63,771 nucleotides of DNA, filler included, from Aduncisulcus paluster (GCA_024181965.1; 9 parts of 9 records of this genome joined end to end with filler, not necessarily neighbours in it); one strand, 5' to 3'; counted from the whole stretch's first letter, positions 35,401 through 46,400 are shown. Notes: a model not told the origin generated them from the letters alone. Translations and numbers: made by a program.

Positions 35401-36918
35401 TTGCATTTGTCCGATTCTGTTGGTCTCGACGAAAAGCGTCAATGTGTTCGTCGCCAAGGTGTCGAAACTCTTTCCCATGTTTTACGTGAAAGTGTTAACC
35501 ACGGATGCCTATTCATGCCAGATCAATGGGTTTCTTTGATGAAACAGGTCTTCCTCCCATTGTTCCAGCCTCTCTTGCGTCTCTCTGTATTAGACAAGGA
35601 GAGACGAGAGGTTGCTGAGGAGTGGGGCGAAGTCACAATGCAACCTCTGCTTCATGACCTCGTCACCATCGTGAGGAGCGGAACTCCCTCTTCATTTGCT
35701 ACTTTCCCGTTTATCCTCGATACTTGTGCTTCTCTCATCCTCACTGTGAGCGAAAAGGTGACTGAATTGGGCATGATTACTATTTGCCATCTTGTGTGTT
35801 CATTGGGCTCAAAAATGGAAGAAGAACAATGGGATTTACTGTGTAATAGCTTGACCAAACTTTTCGAAGACACCCAGCCAAAGGAACTCCGGATGTGGGT
35901 TCAAGCTTCGGCAAGCAGACGTGATGAATTGTATATCGCTGTTCGAGAGAAGAGTAAGTTCCAGCTTTTGCTTATTAACCTTGTCCATGAGATTATCACA
36001 AGCCAACATTTCTTTATTCCTGTCAAATACCTCCATATTTTGTTCTCCCTTGTTCATAAGAGTTGGCATTTCGCTGAACGTTTCAATTGTGATATGGAAG
36101 AGAGGTATCGACTCTTTTCGGCTGGGTTTTTGACTGCTCCTCCTTCTTTGCTAAAGCAAGAAATATCTGCATTGAAGAGTTTTATAACCGGTTGTGAAAA
36201 TATTATCGCCAGTTCGAAGAAAGGAAGACAAGCATGCATTAAACACGGGAAAAAAATGAATGGTGTTGCTGCAGCTTGTCTTGAAAGCGATGAAGTGTGG
36301 ATGGAGAGGAAAAAGGAATATCTAAATATCGAACAAGAGCTTTTATNNNNNNNNNNNNNNNNNNNNGAAGAGAGGTATCGACTCTTTTCGGCTGGGTTTT
36401 TGACTGCTCCTCCTTCTTTGCTAAAGCAAGAAATATCTGCATTGAAGAGTTTTATAACCGGTTGTGAAAATATTATCGCCAGTTCGAAGAAAGGAAGACA
36501 AGCATGCATTAAACACGTGAAAAAAATGAATGGTGTTGCTGCAGCTTGTCTTGAAAGCGATGAAGTGTGGATGGAGAGGAAAAAGGAATATCTAAATATC
36601 GAACAAGAGCTTTTATTGCCACTTTTGTGTTCTTCATTGAGCTCTTTTGCTATGCGTACCAAAAAAATTGAAGAGCACGAGAAAGACATTCATCGAGCCA
36701 GTCCAGTAATTTCTTTGATTATTGATGCAATTGGAGGGCTCTCTGACACAATATTCAAGGATATTATTGGCAAAGTTTTACCTGATATTTCAACCTTTGT
36801 CATTCTTCGTGGATGTGATGATGTTTTGACTTCAATTCAGAAATTACTCAGTGTTAGAGTTGCCAAAACATTGAATGAGCTAACAAAAGGAGATGAGACT
36901 TTGGCAAAAGAAAAATAA
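29458..36918 (+). CDS. Large Sec7 ARF guanine-nucleotide exchange factor (BIG-type); 250-bp gap duplication near the 3' end
   Basis: DCB-like N-terminus (PFKVAC…AISAFEKLI), Sec7 glutamic finger FRMHGETQSQDR, HDS motifs (SLQRIVD, YSIDVMRQL), C-terminal PSLLKQE. Confidence 0.9.
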   Translation: MGKEAPFLNNSISALQKEVKAKKDIELQLSLDISKKRMRKLKGSDIFSIEDPSTYYFPFKVACLCRKPKLMSIAISAFEKLITYRLLDDKGLIDEYPLSDSEETRLNKSCGRDNLLERALRTHPSATSLLQDALHTICDCVPLCSEEDYQHIIILLQDTFRNTNDLHGPLLSGVLGSLHHMYINGNSLTSNLVLSFLKDITHRIIVCYENDVYMERISLRRRQSGLKSRKSRSTSVSGPSIPIDIDISSPPDVIYHQDVILVLKTLIKWCQRDVSTNSVVTTTKTSFYLGLTLLSHLLATFGPQCHSNHEIKAHVITSVLPLSLFFHAPSHLPTLFVQFSLFEIVTHLYISETFVHACLFLDLVILPICRSSAASLNIRFMAFEMLGRLLGVAPSIIGWIRDGERVIPHASRIQSHREQMLRIADEWKIARDKAHSIDSEDSSIDGKSAPYFSPIFSSPSLLSYTMSSLSSHNQLPPGMDVEYVSRSMESVRAFYHFDTGEQDDEELEEDEEEGKTPLLPTPKPLSIMDLSLPCLSPWCLLHPSLPPFDPSFSMPISFYVLSDCNTGMGHLWASIVESVLDVLRVGLPSLSNTTPGSSSGSASSSELASFSSLASLSTDPVNALCRCESVFGYKPSGSDRSKSSPGVGVDGENGSTTPSSFPSLPVSASSSISMPTSPQPPVPLAGILYESVVRNKERERTEDDETKDESVAPEKDRISCSLSSHPFLRISPAPCLSALCVYIFTGLLDSLKDWERRAEDAYEKKVASGSSMSVHEEDSLFSIPITTKEKEGKDLELKPEVKVKFGDQDHTGDLAFLTPLPSFSSLITSPPLQSKSATRKSTKTVEAIHPTPGSSETPEKTVSKDDTHLLSYPSSFLKLSATKKQWGQIFRLFNGQSSSKREQATDLLKLLLKDKVTEMEKAEQERRATAPEKEGEIEYPSDEMFNHICVERLIAQLLLTCVGIDHQDTPAISSGTTPVSPTSSAPLTFFAPSAIGTYLADRNNTLCMKHYIELSSHDWKMLSPEAAMRKFLSKFRMHGETQSQDRVIQAFAAEYSRPCKLFPDPVLNDYDTAYGLFFSMIMLHGDIYSPVSTTRKMTREQYIRNTKGIDYSGRGDLTDDLLGEIFDSITKHPFGGDAVLNGTEWKKVGDDGIKGEESSEESDDISVSDEEKRYASSPLPLPLSSLFSVSLPSLSGAAFSHSFRKIFKEDAEKDIMWHCMWKSHEIARRCIRVTREQQKEEREREKEERRKKREGHPESPHVISPLSPISSSFLAFSYHRIPSHLFHISLPLFLSLLSPQSISSMSHIHRIHACSSSKPKNRPTGRFGIKYSKKDGNLNHACEYTSSFPSSDSTEGSSSSTELSTPSSLVTPLYICEGVNAYFSIALSLSQTRLNSAVIMDNQSPKDPHEEEEEEEIDEVNLDTETQALSPSPKSSITLSEKHKPRDSVVSSFVPLSSTLKCVIYEWVRMCGLSMSKEKRSGVSMSLEELARNENGRNLRISDIENCKNSSLSLSALFCSLPLSLSLPPPSSLPPLSFSLFSNILPLHAYSLSSLCECLCLNSTAECTKEVWESILALVSVCDRIKSSRFDSSKSESQESSMTGSFSHSHTQLLEYNQQILCEFLPSSTVDGLFFSSASLSPSSLFFFMSALICVSNIEIAEKTKATSLQRIVDTTCFNFNNREEDVFRRLWEDVSFHFISTATSSSMALSLYSIDVMRQLLKRYMMECQSAWAKGRSYQTIFIKPLSTIASRVSHTPSLSHVLECIDECVTLFSEVLVPQAWEELLQCIVLCLTNVQSCTALTELEMNSVIEETQRERERESHSNASMAKHQQMQQEAIVAEAKAKVKKARESQHIISRHSCLIIHKFVTSALHLCSFSLPSILNVLRLLQRQRVVEEVSVSAVEMIGTVVGFFVKMGISHEEVERRDPKKQKEMEKKTEDTNEAKEERGDEGEEKGDDSESKKKESQSSLFSLTVFPSLLHLSDSVGLDEKRQCVRRQGVETLSHVLRESVNHGCLFMPDQWVSLMKQVFLPLFQPLLRLSVLDKERREVAEEWGEVTMQPLLHDLVTIVRSGTPSSFATFPFILDTCASLILTVSEKVTELGMITICHLVCSLGSKMEEEQWDLLCNSLTKLFEDTQPKELRMWVQASASRRDELYIAVREKSKFQLLLINLVHEIITSQHFFIPVKYLHILFSLVHKSWHFAERFNCDMEERYRLFSAGFLTAPPSLLKQEISALKSFITGCENIIASSKKGRQACIKHGKKMNGVAAACLESDEVWMERKKEYLNIEQELLXXXXXXXEERYRLFSAGFLTAPPSLLKQEISALKSFITGCENIIASSKKGRQACIKHVKKMNGVAAACLESDEVWMERKKEYLNIEQELLLPLLCSSLSSFAMRTKKIEEHEKDIHRASPVISLIIDAIGGLSDTIFKDIIGKVLPDISTFVILRGCDDVLTSIQKLLSVRVAKTLNELTKGDETLAKEK
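36097..36616. other. Assembly artefact: 20-N gap (36347-36366) with duplicated flanks
   Basis: 36097-36346 matches 36367-36616 except for one SNP. Confidence 0.9.
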
Positions 36919-37247
36919 TTATTTGAATATTATGACAAATTCATGGTTTTCTTAATTTATATATAATTCGATGTATATTATAAGATTACTGATGCAAAAT
37001 CTAATTTTAGCAGTGATTCTATTTTTTAGTCTTGCCATATCCACATTATAAATAAATAAATTTCATATATTTTTATTTTGTAGTATTTAATAAATTAATA
37101 AAAAATTGCTAAACATACAATCTTAACAGATAATAATGAAATGTGCTGCCAATAGAAATTGGACTTCGCAGCTTCAAAATATCTTTGTTTTGCTTCACAT
37201 TAACAATAAAGAACATTAGTTATTACTATTAATTTATTTTTATTTGA

Positions 37248-37638
37248 TTATTGGATTATATTATCCTGTATTTCATTATTTAATTTTGAATTAAAAATAT
37301 ACATAGATCGTTGCATCAACACTGAAATACTTTGTCCTTCTCGCATTGGCACATTATTACGATGAACGATTGAGAAAAATCTTTCAATTGCTGCTCCGGT
37401 CATGGGAATACTAAGGATATATTTCCTCGCAGAATCAAGCTGATAATATTCTTTTTCGATATTAACTGATTCATCTTTGTTTAGTCTCATCGCTAAATCT
37501 CTTAATTGAATTAAAATGGCATCCGATACTTCAAAATTCGCGATTTCCAGAGCCTTTTTCAGCTTTTGGTAACCCACATCTCCGAGTTCCTCACAACGAG
37601 GTGATTGAAACACAATAGATGCATAATAGATATGTAAA
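37248..37638 (-). mobile_element. hAT-family transposase C-terminal dimerisation domain (5'-partial)
   Basis: YILSIPMTGAAIERFFS…R matches the hATC motif LSIPASSA.xER.FS. Confidence 0.75.
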
Positions 37639-37738
37639 NNNNNNNNNNNNNNNNNNNNNNNNNNNNNNNNNNNNNNNNNNNNTTAATTAATTAANNNNNN
37701 NNNNNNNNNNNNNNNNNNNNNNNNNNNNNNNNNNNNNN

Positions 37739-38756
37739 AGAACAAACAAAGTTACAAGAAGCAGAAGAAATTAAGAGAAAACAGCGCCTTGACAAAGATA
37801 TTGAAAGCTCGAGGTCTCTCTCTGTCTCTAAACTCAAGCGTTTTGCCAGAGATTCTGCCATCGATGATCTCTTCCCAAGTTCCCCAATCCATATCTTGCA
37901 CATCACCCCCTTGTATGATCTGTACACGACTGTCAATACCAAGGTTGAAGAATATGTGCGTGGTTTGGGCCTATCTGTCATGGAATGGTCGAGGAAATCT
38001 AAGGAAGAAACAGTGAAAAAATGTGAGGCTTTTGCTAAGAGGGAAGCCAAGGCTTTCCTCGATTCAAAGGTAAGGGATCTCGATGCTTTCTTCACGGACA
38101 TGTCAACAAAATCGGACAAAGATCCAATTCAAAAGTTTTTGAAAGATCGTGAAAGTCGTGTTTATACTGATATCGAGAAAAAGGAAATGGAGAAAAAGCG
38201 AACTGAAAGGAAATCCCCAATGGAAATTGAGAAACTCTCTAAAAATAGAAAACCATCGGATGAATTCCTTTCTCATTCTCGAAGAATGTTATTAATTGAC
38301 AGTGTTGTTGAGTGTGTTACAACGAGTGCCCTCGATGGTTACCGTGCAGCCTGGGAGAGAAAAGGCCATTCAAAGGAGGTTGGAACATTCTGCCTTGAAC
38401 ATTTAAGGAGCTCTTCCGTCAAATCTTCAGGTAAATATGAAGCCCCGTCACATTTGTCAGATCCGGAGAAAGAGATGTTCAATTCCTTGCCCATCTCCCT
38501 TCAAGCCATGTGTTATGGCCATTCCGTTGAGAAAAGTGTGCTTAAGGAACTTGAATTTACTTCAATGATGTTCAAGAATGATGACCAACAATCTGCTGAT
38601 ACTGCCGTTCATATTGCCGATGTTTTGGTGGAACATTTATTGTTGGACACTGTCGTTCGAGTCAGCGAAGTTTGTAAGCTCAAGGAAATTGATGGCATCG
38701 AAGATTTTGCGGATACAATGGAGAAAGAGCTAGAAGAAGAGAAAAGCAAAATATGA
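37739..38756 (+). CDS. 5'-partial protein with a C-terminal CEP350/DUF4378-like motif
   Basis: Open from the linker; ends DDQQSADTAVHIADVLVEHLLLDTVVRV. Confidence 0.55.
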
Positions 38757-39070
38757 ACTTAAATTCTACAATGATTGCATCATAAAAAAGAATATTGACT
38801 CCAATTATTAATAAAATCTTTGTTTTTATTCTTTATTTCACCAATCGAAACTTGCTTGTTTTGAAAACCCGAAACCGACCAATCTAGCAATTTCCAGTGA
38901 AATAAATATTCAGATCCAATGGATATGAATTAAACCTTTTGTATTTTTGGAATTTTTTTCTCCAAATTAAAATAGATTTGAAGAAAGAATCAAATGCAGA
39001 AGAATTCGTCTTGACCAAACATATTTTTTGTTTCACCTACACCATTTAGTTTTATATAGCAATCAATTTG

Positions 39071-40126
39071 ATGCCAATTTGGTTAATAATATTGATTGTA
39101 GTCCTCGGATTACTCTTTTTAACATTCTTGTTTTTTGAAATTTGTGCTGTGGTCGTTCACAGTTCTGAAGCAATTGTTATTGAACGTTTCGGAAAATATC
39201 ATCGTATTCTTGAACCTGGACTGCACTTTTTAATTCCCTTCTATGAATCTCCGCGTCAATTTTCTTGGGTAAAAACATACCTTGATGAAAAGGGTGTTCC
39301 TCGTGAACAGACGATTAATTCCCACATTATTGATTTGAGAGAAAGCATATTTAATTTAATGCGCCAAGAAACCCAAACAAAAGAAGGTGTGTTCGTTTCG
39401 ATTAACGCCTGTATGGCTGTCACCATCACCGATGTAAAGAAAGCTATATATGAATGTGATGATATTTTAAATGCTCTTTCAAACACTGCTCAGACCTTCT
39501 TTAAAGAGGTATTTGGTCAAATGACCTTCCAGGATGCTTTGAGTTCTCAAGAAGAACTGAACGAATCCCATCTTGATTCCTTCAGACGTACCGTCAGAGA
39601 TTATGGTGTGACGATCCATCGTGTTGACATTCTTGAGTTTAGTCCCCGTCGTGAGCTCACACAAACCCTTAAGAAACAAATGATGGCCGAAAGAACTAGG
39701 AGAGGAGAGTTCATCCGTTCTGAAGGAGAGAAAACCGCCAAGAATCTTAGAGCTGAAGGTATTAAGATTCAACGCATGACCCTCGGTCGTGCTGAACAAG
39801 AAGCTACAAGGAAAAGGTCCGAAGGTCTAGCCGCAGCCAAGATTGCATTGGCTAAGGCTGAAAGGTCTGCTCTTGAGCGTATTTCCTCAACTGTTGCCGC
39901 CGATTCTATTTCACACTCTGATTACACAATTTCCCAGAAATACATGGACTTAATTCGTCTTGGTATGGCCAAAACCAAGAAATTAGAAATTCAGCTTCCT
40001 TATGTTCTTGGTGGTCTTACGGGGATTATTGATGGTCTTAGTGGTTCGTTTGGAGCTGTTGCTTGCAAGGACACCATTCCTCCTGTTGATAAGGTTGCTG
40101 AAGATGACTTTGATGATTTGAGTTGA
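39071..40126 (+). CDS. Stomatin-like SPFH/Band-7 protein
   Basis: N-terminal TM, IVIERFGKYHRILEPGLHFLIPF, IDLRE, YGVTIHRVDI, QMMAERTRR..SEGEK. Confidence 0.9.
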   Translation: MPIWLIILIVVLGLLFLTFLFFEICAVVVHSSEAIVIERFGKYHRILEPGLHFLIPFYESPRQFSWVKTYLDEKGVPREQTINSHIIDLRESIFNLMRQETQTKEGVFVSINACMAVTITDVKKAIYECDDILNALSNTAQTFFKEVFGQMTFQDALSSQEELNESHLDSFRRTVRDYGVTIHRVDILEFSPRRELTQTLKKQMMAERTRRGEFIRSEGEKTAKNLRAEGIKIQRMTLGRAEQEATRKRSEGLAAAKIALAKAERSALERISSTVAADSISHSDYTISQKYMDLIRLGMAKTKKLEIQLPYVLGGLTGIIDGLSGSFGAVACKDTIPPVDKVAEDDFDDLS

Positions 40127-40903
40127 TCTCCCAATATTTTTTCACACAAAATCTTAAGTATTTTTAAATAAAATAGTTTATTTGTTACATTTTAATTATT
40201 TACCATCATGATATATCCTCAATTCTATTTCGTAACTCGAACTTTCGTTTAGAAAATGCGTCGTGGATTTTCGTGGGCCACGAAACGAATTTCATCTCGA
40301 TATATACATAAAGTCAGCAACACTACCCATTCTCTACCAAAATTAACCTAATAAATCCAAATTTCTGTTGTAATTCCTTATTTATTCCACAATAAATGCG
40401 CAGTAGCACTCACAATCCCCGACATGTTATGTGAGCCATTTAGAATAGGCCGACATACAATACGATTCCACATCTTCAAACCATGGAGGGTTTAGGCAAA
40501 AAGACCGGTAAGACGAAGGATCATGGAGATGGTATCCGCGACATTTGAAAAAAACAAAAAGAATGGTTGAGACCTGAAAGGGTTTCAAATCCGATCATAG
40601 ATAAAAATTGCATGAAATTAAAAAGTCGAATAAATGTAAATAAATAAATCGAAAGAAAACACTTGATTGTGCAGTTCGAGAGAAAACAAAGAAAGGAAGG
40701 AAAAAGGGGAGAAAACGAATCAAGCTATCAAAGCAATAAATAAATTATATATATATAAATATATAAAATAACAAACCAAAAATATGAAAGATGCATCTTC
40801 ATAATGCAGACAAGAGAAAAAACCTATGTCAAAATAGACAGGAATACAAAAAGTAAACAAAGAAAGAAATCCGTGTGACACAACACATATTATTATTTGT
40901 GCA

Positions 40904-41680
40904 TTACTTGTGAGAATGAACCTTTCGCCTGGCCAACTCCTCGTCAAGCTCACCACGACGTCGATAGATATAGTTTTGCAGCGACGACAGGTCACACCCA
41001 AGCTTGTTGGCCCATGACCGTTTCTCATCCTTCCCAAGGCGACGACAGTGTAGATCATTCATGAACTTCTCACAATACATATCCTTCAGCCTGGCGATGC
41101 TCTCCGTGGTCCATTTGTGCCGATTGTGTCTCTTGGCACGCACAGGGAAAGCAGAGTCAAGAATGTCAGTAAGACGGCCACACAGAGCCACAATATCCTG
41201 GAGAGAAACAGAACCAGCATCATCACTGGGACCAACACAATCATCATCCTCTTCCTCCTTCTTGGAACGAGCATCGTCACGGCCACACCGAGTAGAGCAT
41301 GTCGACGAGAGCTTACGAACAGGGAACATGGACATATCGAACGAGTGGTCCTTGATATGCTTCAAGGCACGACAGGCAGAGGTGCTCACACCTTTCAGAG
41401 CTGACCCAAGGCCATGAAGGGACAAATCGGTGGAAGTGGATGTGGCACATGAAGGAACGTGGCATGAATGAAGTGCAGAACGTGTGGAGTCGTCGTCACA
41501 GTCGGCATAATCATCGTCGCTGAGATGTTGACGTTTCCCACATTTATACTCAGAACGGGAGCCTCGATGAGCTCGCTCGAGCGGAGAGTATTCGGAATCA
41601 TCCTCGCAGTCCTCGCCACTGTACTCATAGATGTCATCATCATTGGAGGGAGAGCTATAACGAGGCTTCCCGCTCTTGGA
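40904..41680 (-). CDS. 5'-partial protein with a C-terminal divergent homeodomain-like HTH
   Basis: The frame stays open to the linker; RHKWTTESIARLKDMY…KDEKRSWANKLGCDLSSLQNYIYRRR. Confidence 0.6.
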   Translation of the reverse strand, partial: SKSGKPRYSSPSNDDDIYEYSGEDCEDDSEYSPLERAHRGSRSEYKCGKRQHLSDDDYADCDDDSTRSALHSCHVPSCATSTSTDLSLHGLGSALKGVSTSACRALKHIKDHSFDMSMFPVRKLSSTCSTRCGRDDARSKKEEEDDDCVGPSDDAGSVSLQDIVALCGRLTDILDSAFPVRAKRHNRHKWTTESIARLKDMYCEKFMNDLHCRRLGKDEKRSWANKLGCDLSSLQNYIYRRRGELDEELARRKVHSHK

Positions 41681-41780
41681 NNNNNNNNNNNNNNNNNNNN
41701 NNNNNNNNNNNNNNNNNNNNNNNNTTAATTAATTAANNNNNNNNNNNNNNNNNNNNNNNNNNNNNNNNNNNNNNNNNNNN

Positions 41781-42956
41781 TCACTAATTTTTTGGTCATC
41801 CTCTCATTCTGCTCGGGCGTATTTTTGATAGTTTTGGCCATTTGTGCATATTGAAGGGTGCTTTTCGTTGCCTCTTTCGAACCTGCATCGAGGGATACAG
41901 TGGCAATGAGACATGTGAATGTACGGCCTCCAAGAGATTCGCTAAGGAGTTTGGTGAGGTTTGAATCAAGGTAAGGAACGTGTGGATTTCCTTCAGCAAT
42001 ATTACGGATAACACTGCCAAGGGTAAGCAAGGACAAATTAATCTTGGTGGATTCGGCCTTTCGTTGATAATTAACCTTTCCATCTTTGCCAATGCAAGCA
42101 TCAGCACCCTCAGAACCAGCCAGATCAACAAGGTGAAGCTTGGCGGTCTTCAGAAGCTCTTGCCCATCCCTAGTGGTCTCTTTGATAAGCGTAGTGATAG
42201 TAAATATACAATGGGAACGTGAGGAAGCACGATTAGAAAAGGTTTCTGCAACAGATCTCTCATGACTACTTTTGCGAAGATGGTCAAGGACTTCTGAAGA
42301 GTTTGTAACTGTGAATTCTTGGAGACCATGGACAACAGCCTCAATTTTATCAGTGGCACCTTTCCGCTTCGAGCGACGTGTTAACAACCTCAAAGTTTGC
42401 TTCTTTCCAGCAAGAAGATCATACAATTCCTCTTTATACACCTCTAAATGTGATATTTTGACAGTGTAATCACTCTTGGATTTCTCTAATGTTGTAAAGA
42501 TCTCATGAATTGCTCTGGGAATCATTCCAGATTCTGCTGTGATTTCAGTTGTTTTTTCAGAACCAGAGGGACCGGATGGTCCTTCCATCGTATATGTTTT
42601 CCCGGTACCAGTTGGCCCGTAGGCAAACACTGTACATGAGAATCCGTTTAAAAATTGTTTAATAATAGGTGAAACAGTTCCCTTATAAACTTCTTCTTGA
42701 GTTGAAGTGGGGTGGTACACTTTATCGAAATAGTATTGTTTATAGGTCTCTTTTCCAGCAATAGGAGTATGGCGCTTATACATTATTTCTCTTTCACCAT
42801 TGCAATATCCAAGACTCTTGGTGGCCGGAGACGATGTAGGTCTATCCATTCAATAAATTAACCTTCCATAAAAACCAAACAAATAAAGAAATAAATGAAA
42901 AATTAAACATACCTTACTCGTACCACGACTTGAATATTAACTTTAGATTGTTTCAT
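41781..42956 (-). CDS. Kinesin-5 (BimC/Eg5-like) motor domain, 3'-truncated; exons 42956-42913 and 42841-41781
   Basis: VNIQVVVRVR|P, FAYGPTGTGKTYTMEG, SSRSH, ELLKTAKLHLVDLAGSE, INLSLLTLG, IKNTPEQN. 71-nt GTATGT intron. Confidence 0.88.
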
Positions 42957-43424
42957 AGTTTGAAACAACAATAATATGATCGAAAAATCACCTTTAAATA
43001 CTGCGCGAGAATAGATTTTTAAATCGTGCTTTAGATATAAAAAACTGCATATAACTACTAGTAATATGATAATTTACTGCAATAATTTTTGTACATTCCT
43101 TCTATTTTGACCACCCCGTATTTCAAAACTCTAATCAGTCTTATCAAGGGTCAAAATATCATTTTTTATGGAGACTCCAATTCAAATATGTATTATAATG
43201 CAATTGCTTTCAGTAAAATCGATCAATCCGTCCGATTGCTTTGTCGAAAAGGATTTTGATATTTTTATTGATCAGGGGGACATTTAAAAAAGAATTTTAA
43301 TAAATTCGTACTTCAAAATAGAAAATTTAATCCATTTCTGTTGCCAAAGATAAATAAAACATTCGTTTAACTCACTTTTCATTTTTGATAGCTTTTTCTT
43401 TCGAATGTAATGAACATAACCGCA

Positions 43425-46400
43425 ATGGATGGTGAAGGAGATTTTCCAGATGAAGGAGTATGTTTTTATTAGATGATTTCTCATCATTTTGAGTTTATAT
43501 TACTAATTTTTCAAAAAATGTTTTTATTCCTCTTATTATATTGCAGTTTCCCATATTTGCGACTGAAAAAGAAACTAAAGGCAAGAAGAAGAAGAGTAAG
43601 AAGAAGAAAGCAGTCACAGTTTGCTTAGATTATACTAGATATAAAGTTCTTCATGATATATGTACAAAAAGGGGGTGGAAGATTGTTTCCAGCGATAGCG
43701 AGTGGAATTTTTGTTTCTCAGACCATTGTCTCTTGGATAAATTATCATCTTTACGAGCTTATCAACGCATTAATCATTTCCCTGGTATGTACGAATTGGC
43801 TCGAAAAGATGCCTTGTCAAGAAACATGAATCGTTATCGAAGACGGTTTGAAAAAGCCTATTCTTTTTTCCCAGCGTCATTCTTGCTCCCCCATCAAGCA
43901 GGTGAGCTCAAATCATTCCATTCTAGGCGCAAAACAAAGACATTATATATATCGAAGCCCACTGCCTCTTGCCAAGGTCGTGGTATCTTCTTATTCAAAA
44001 ATCCTGAGGATATTGACACTTCTGAACCTTCAGTTGTTCAACAATATTTAGCCAAACCCTATTTAATTGACGGATTTAAATTTGATCTCCGAATCTACGT
44101 ATGCTTATTGCGTATATCTCCTCTTGTGCTTTTAATTCATAAGAAGGGACTCGCTCGTTTTGCTACAGAAAAATATAACGAGCCCACGAGCTCCAATCTC
44201 GACTGCCTATACATGCATCTCACAAATTACGCTATTAACAAGGATAATCCCAATTTTGTTTTCAACGAGGATGTCGCCGCCAGTGATGTCGGAAGCAAAT
44301 GGTCCTTGGAAGCAACAAACGAACGAATGGAAAAAGAAGGAGTGGATGTGTCTAAAATGTGGACACAAATCAACGATTTGATAATTAAGACGGTTGTAGC
44401 CGTACAACCGACACTTGCTCATACATATCGAGCCTCAAGACCTGATGATCCATACTGTAAAGGGTGTTTCGAGATCCTTGGTTTTGATGTGCTAATTGAC
44501 CATAAATTGACTCCCTGGCTCATCGAAGTTAACCATAGCCCTTCATTTAGATGTGATACTCCTCTTGACAAGGATATTAAGTTCGATGTAATCAACGAAG
44601 CCATCATGCTCAGTGGTCTCAGTTCCAAAAATAGAACAGATTATTACAGAAAAGAGTCAATGAGAAAGTTCGAAAGAGTTTACGGGAAAGGAAAAGTCCC
44701 TGAGAAGATCCGTAAAAAAGCTGAGTTGAAAGAGCGTTCAGTGATTGAAAAAGAGGAAGAAGAGGCAAAGAACATCCACGCTCACCTTGAACCAATCATA
44801 AAGAATACCGGGTACACTTTAATATACCCATTGAAGCCTGGCGTGAAGGACCCTTACGTTGAGTTTTCTGAAGTCCCTTCTTGTCTCAAAACCACATATT
44901 CGACTCGAGAAAGAACAAATGCCTTGGAGGAAGAGAAGAAGAAAGAAGAAAAAGAGAAACAAAAAAAGGAAAAGCCACCAAAAATGAGACCCACAAAGCC
45001 CATAAGCACTTGCTCACATATTACTACCCAGCAAGCCATAGAGTTTGGAAAAGGGGTTCAAACTGTAAACGGAACCCATGGACCCATAAAGTTACCTGTC
45101 GGGATACATATATCCGAAAGAGCTGAGCGTGCAAGGATAACTGATCTTGTGTTACGTGATCGAATGATTGCTCTGAATGGTGTTCGTGAGTTTTGTTCTT
45201 GGGTCTTCGCAGGAAAGCCGCAAGTTCAATCACCCACCACAATTCTGACAACGACTTTGAACAGTCATCCGGGTTGCATCCGAGAGATGGATATTCTTGG
45301 CGTAAAAGAAGCAGACGGTGGTGGGATTATTGGAAAAGGAGTCTTCTTTAAATTTATGGGAGTATATTTCCGACCTGATTTGTTTGTTTCACATCCCAGT
45401 TCTGCTTCAATAAGCAGTACTAGTACAGGACTTTCAACAGGTTTGACTGGAGTTATGGCTCCAACACAACCCACGAACCGTCAAATTAGACATCAACTCT
45501 ATGAGAAATTACCACCCTCTTTCAAATCGAAAGATAAAAGTGGTTACACAGGCCGTACTGACTCCCATGTTCTTGACAAGATACCTGATCATACTCCCCT
45601 CGATCGGTCTCTCATTGATTCTCACAAGATAATGTCTCGCGATCAACTTCGTGACTCTTCTGATAGCACTACAACAAGTTCAAGACGTTCCATTCACTCT
45701 TCTTCAAAAGACTCCGTTAAGGATGGGTCGGCACAGTATGATCGGTTTGATCGGGAATCTAGGTTCAAACATGCCGAGCGTCTCCACGAAGATTTGGTTA
45801 TTCAGGCCCGCAGTGAATTAATGGCTCAATCTTCATCTTCAAGATACGGAAAACCACATCATTCGTCCTCTTCTGGGCATCCTACGGCATATCGAGAAGG
45901 ATATGGTTATCGCGAAACATCACGGGGACGGCAAGATCATACCATTCGAACAATGGAACAGAAAGAGCGAGTTATTGCCGCCGCAGCTGCTCAGATCAAA
46001 AAGGCTCAATCAATTCCATCGGTGTCAACTCACACCGGTCCGTACTCCCACCACCCTCCATCTTATTCACGCATATCAAATTCCTCAACATTGGCCCTGA
46101 CTGGTCCTTCCCTTGGTGTGTGTGGGGTTGGAATGAAATCCTCAGATCCTGGACGAAGCAGTTCAACAATATTCAAGGGGAGCGGGTCGACGACCGGGAT
46201 TGATCCCTTGTGTATGATTGGAGTCAAGGCATCTGGAAAGAAAGGAAGGCGGAAAGATGATAGGGGGCGCGATATGAGTTCAAGATCGGTGAGAACACGG
46301 AGTCTGAGTGCAAGCAAGCTTCGTCTACCAAAGCCTCAACCAATCACTCGATTGGGACTTTCCGGACATGGAATCCCACCTCTCATGCCATTACGAAGGA

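Noticed and set aside
41395-41728. ORFs 41395-41643 (-) and 41468-41728 (+)
   Set aside because: Alternative frames of the homeodomain-like CDS, which stays open to the linker.
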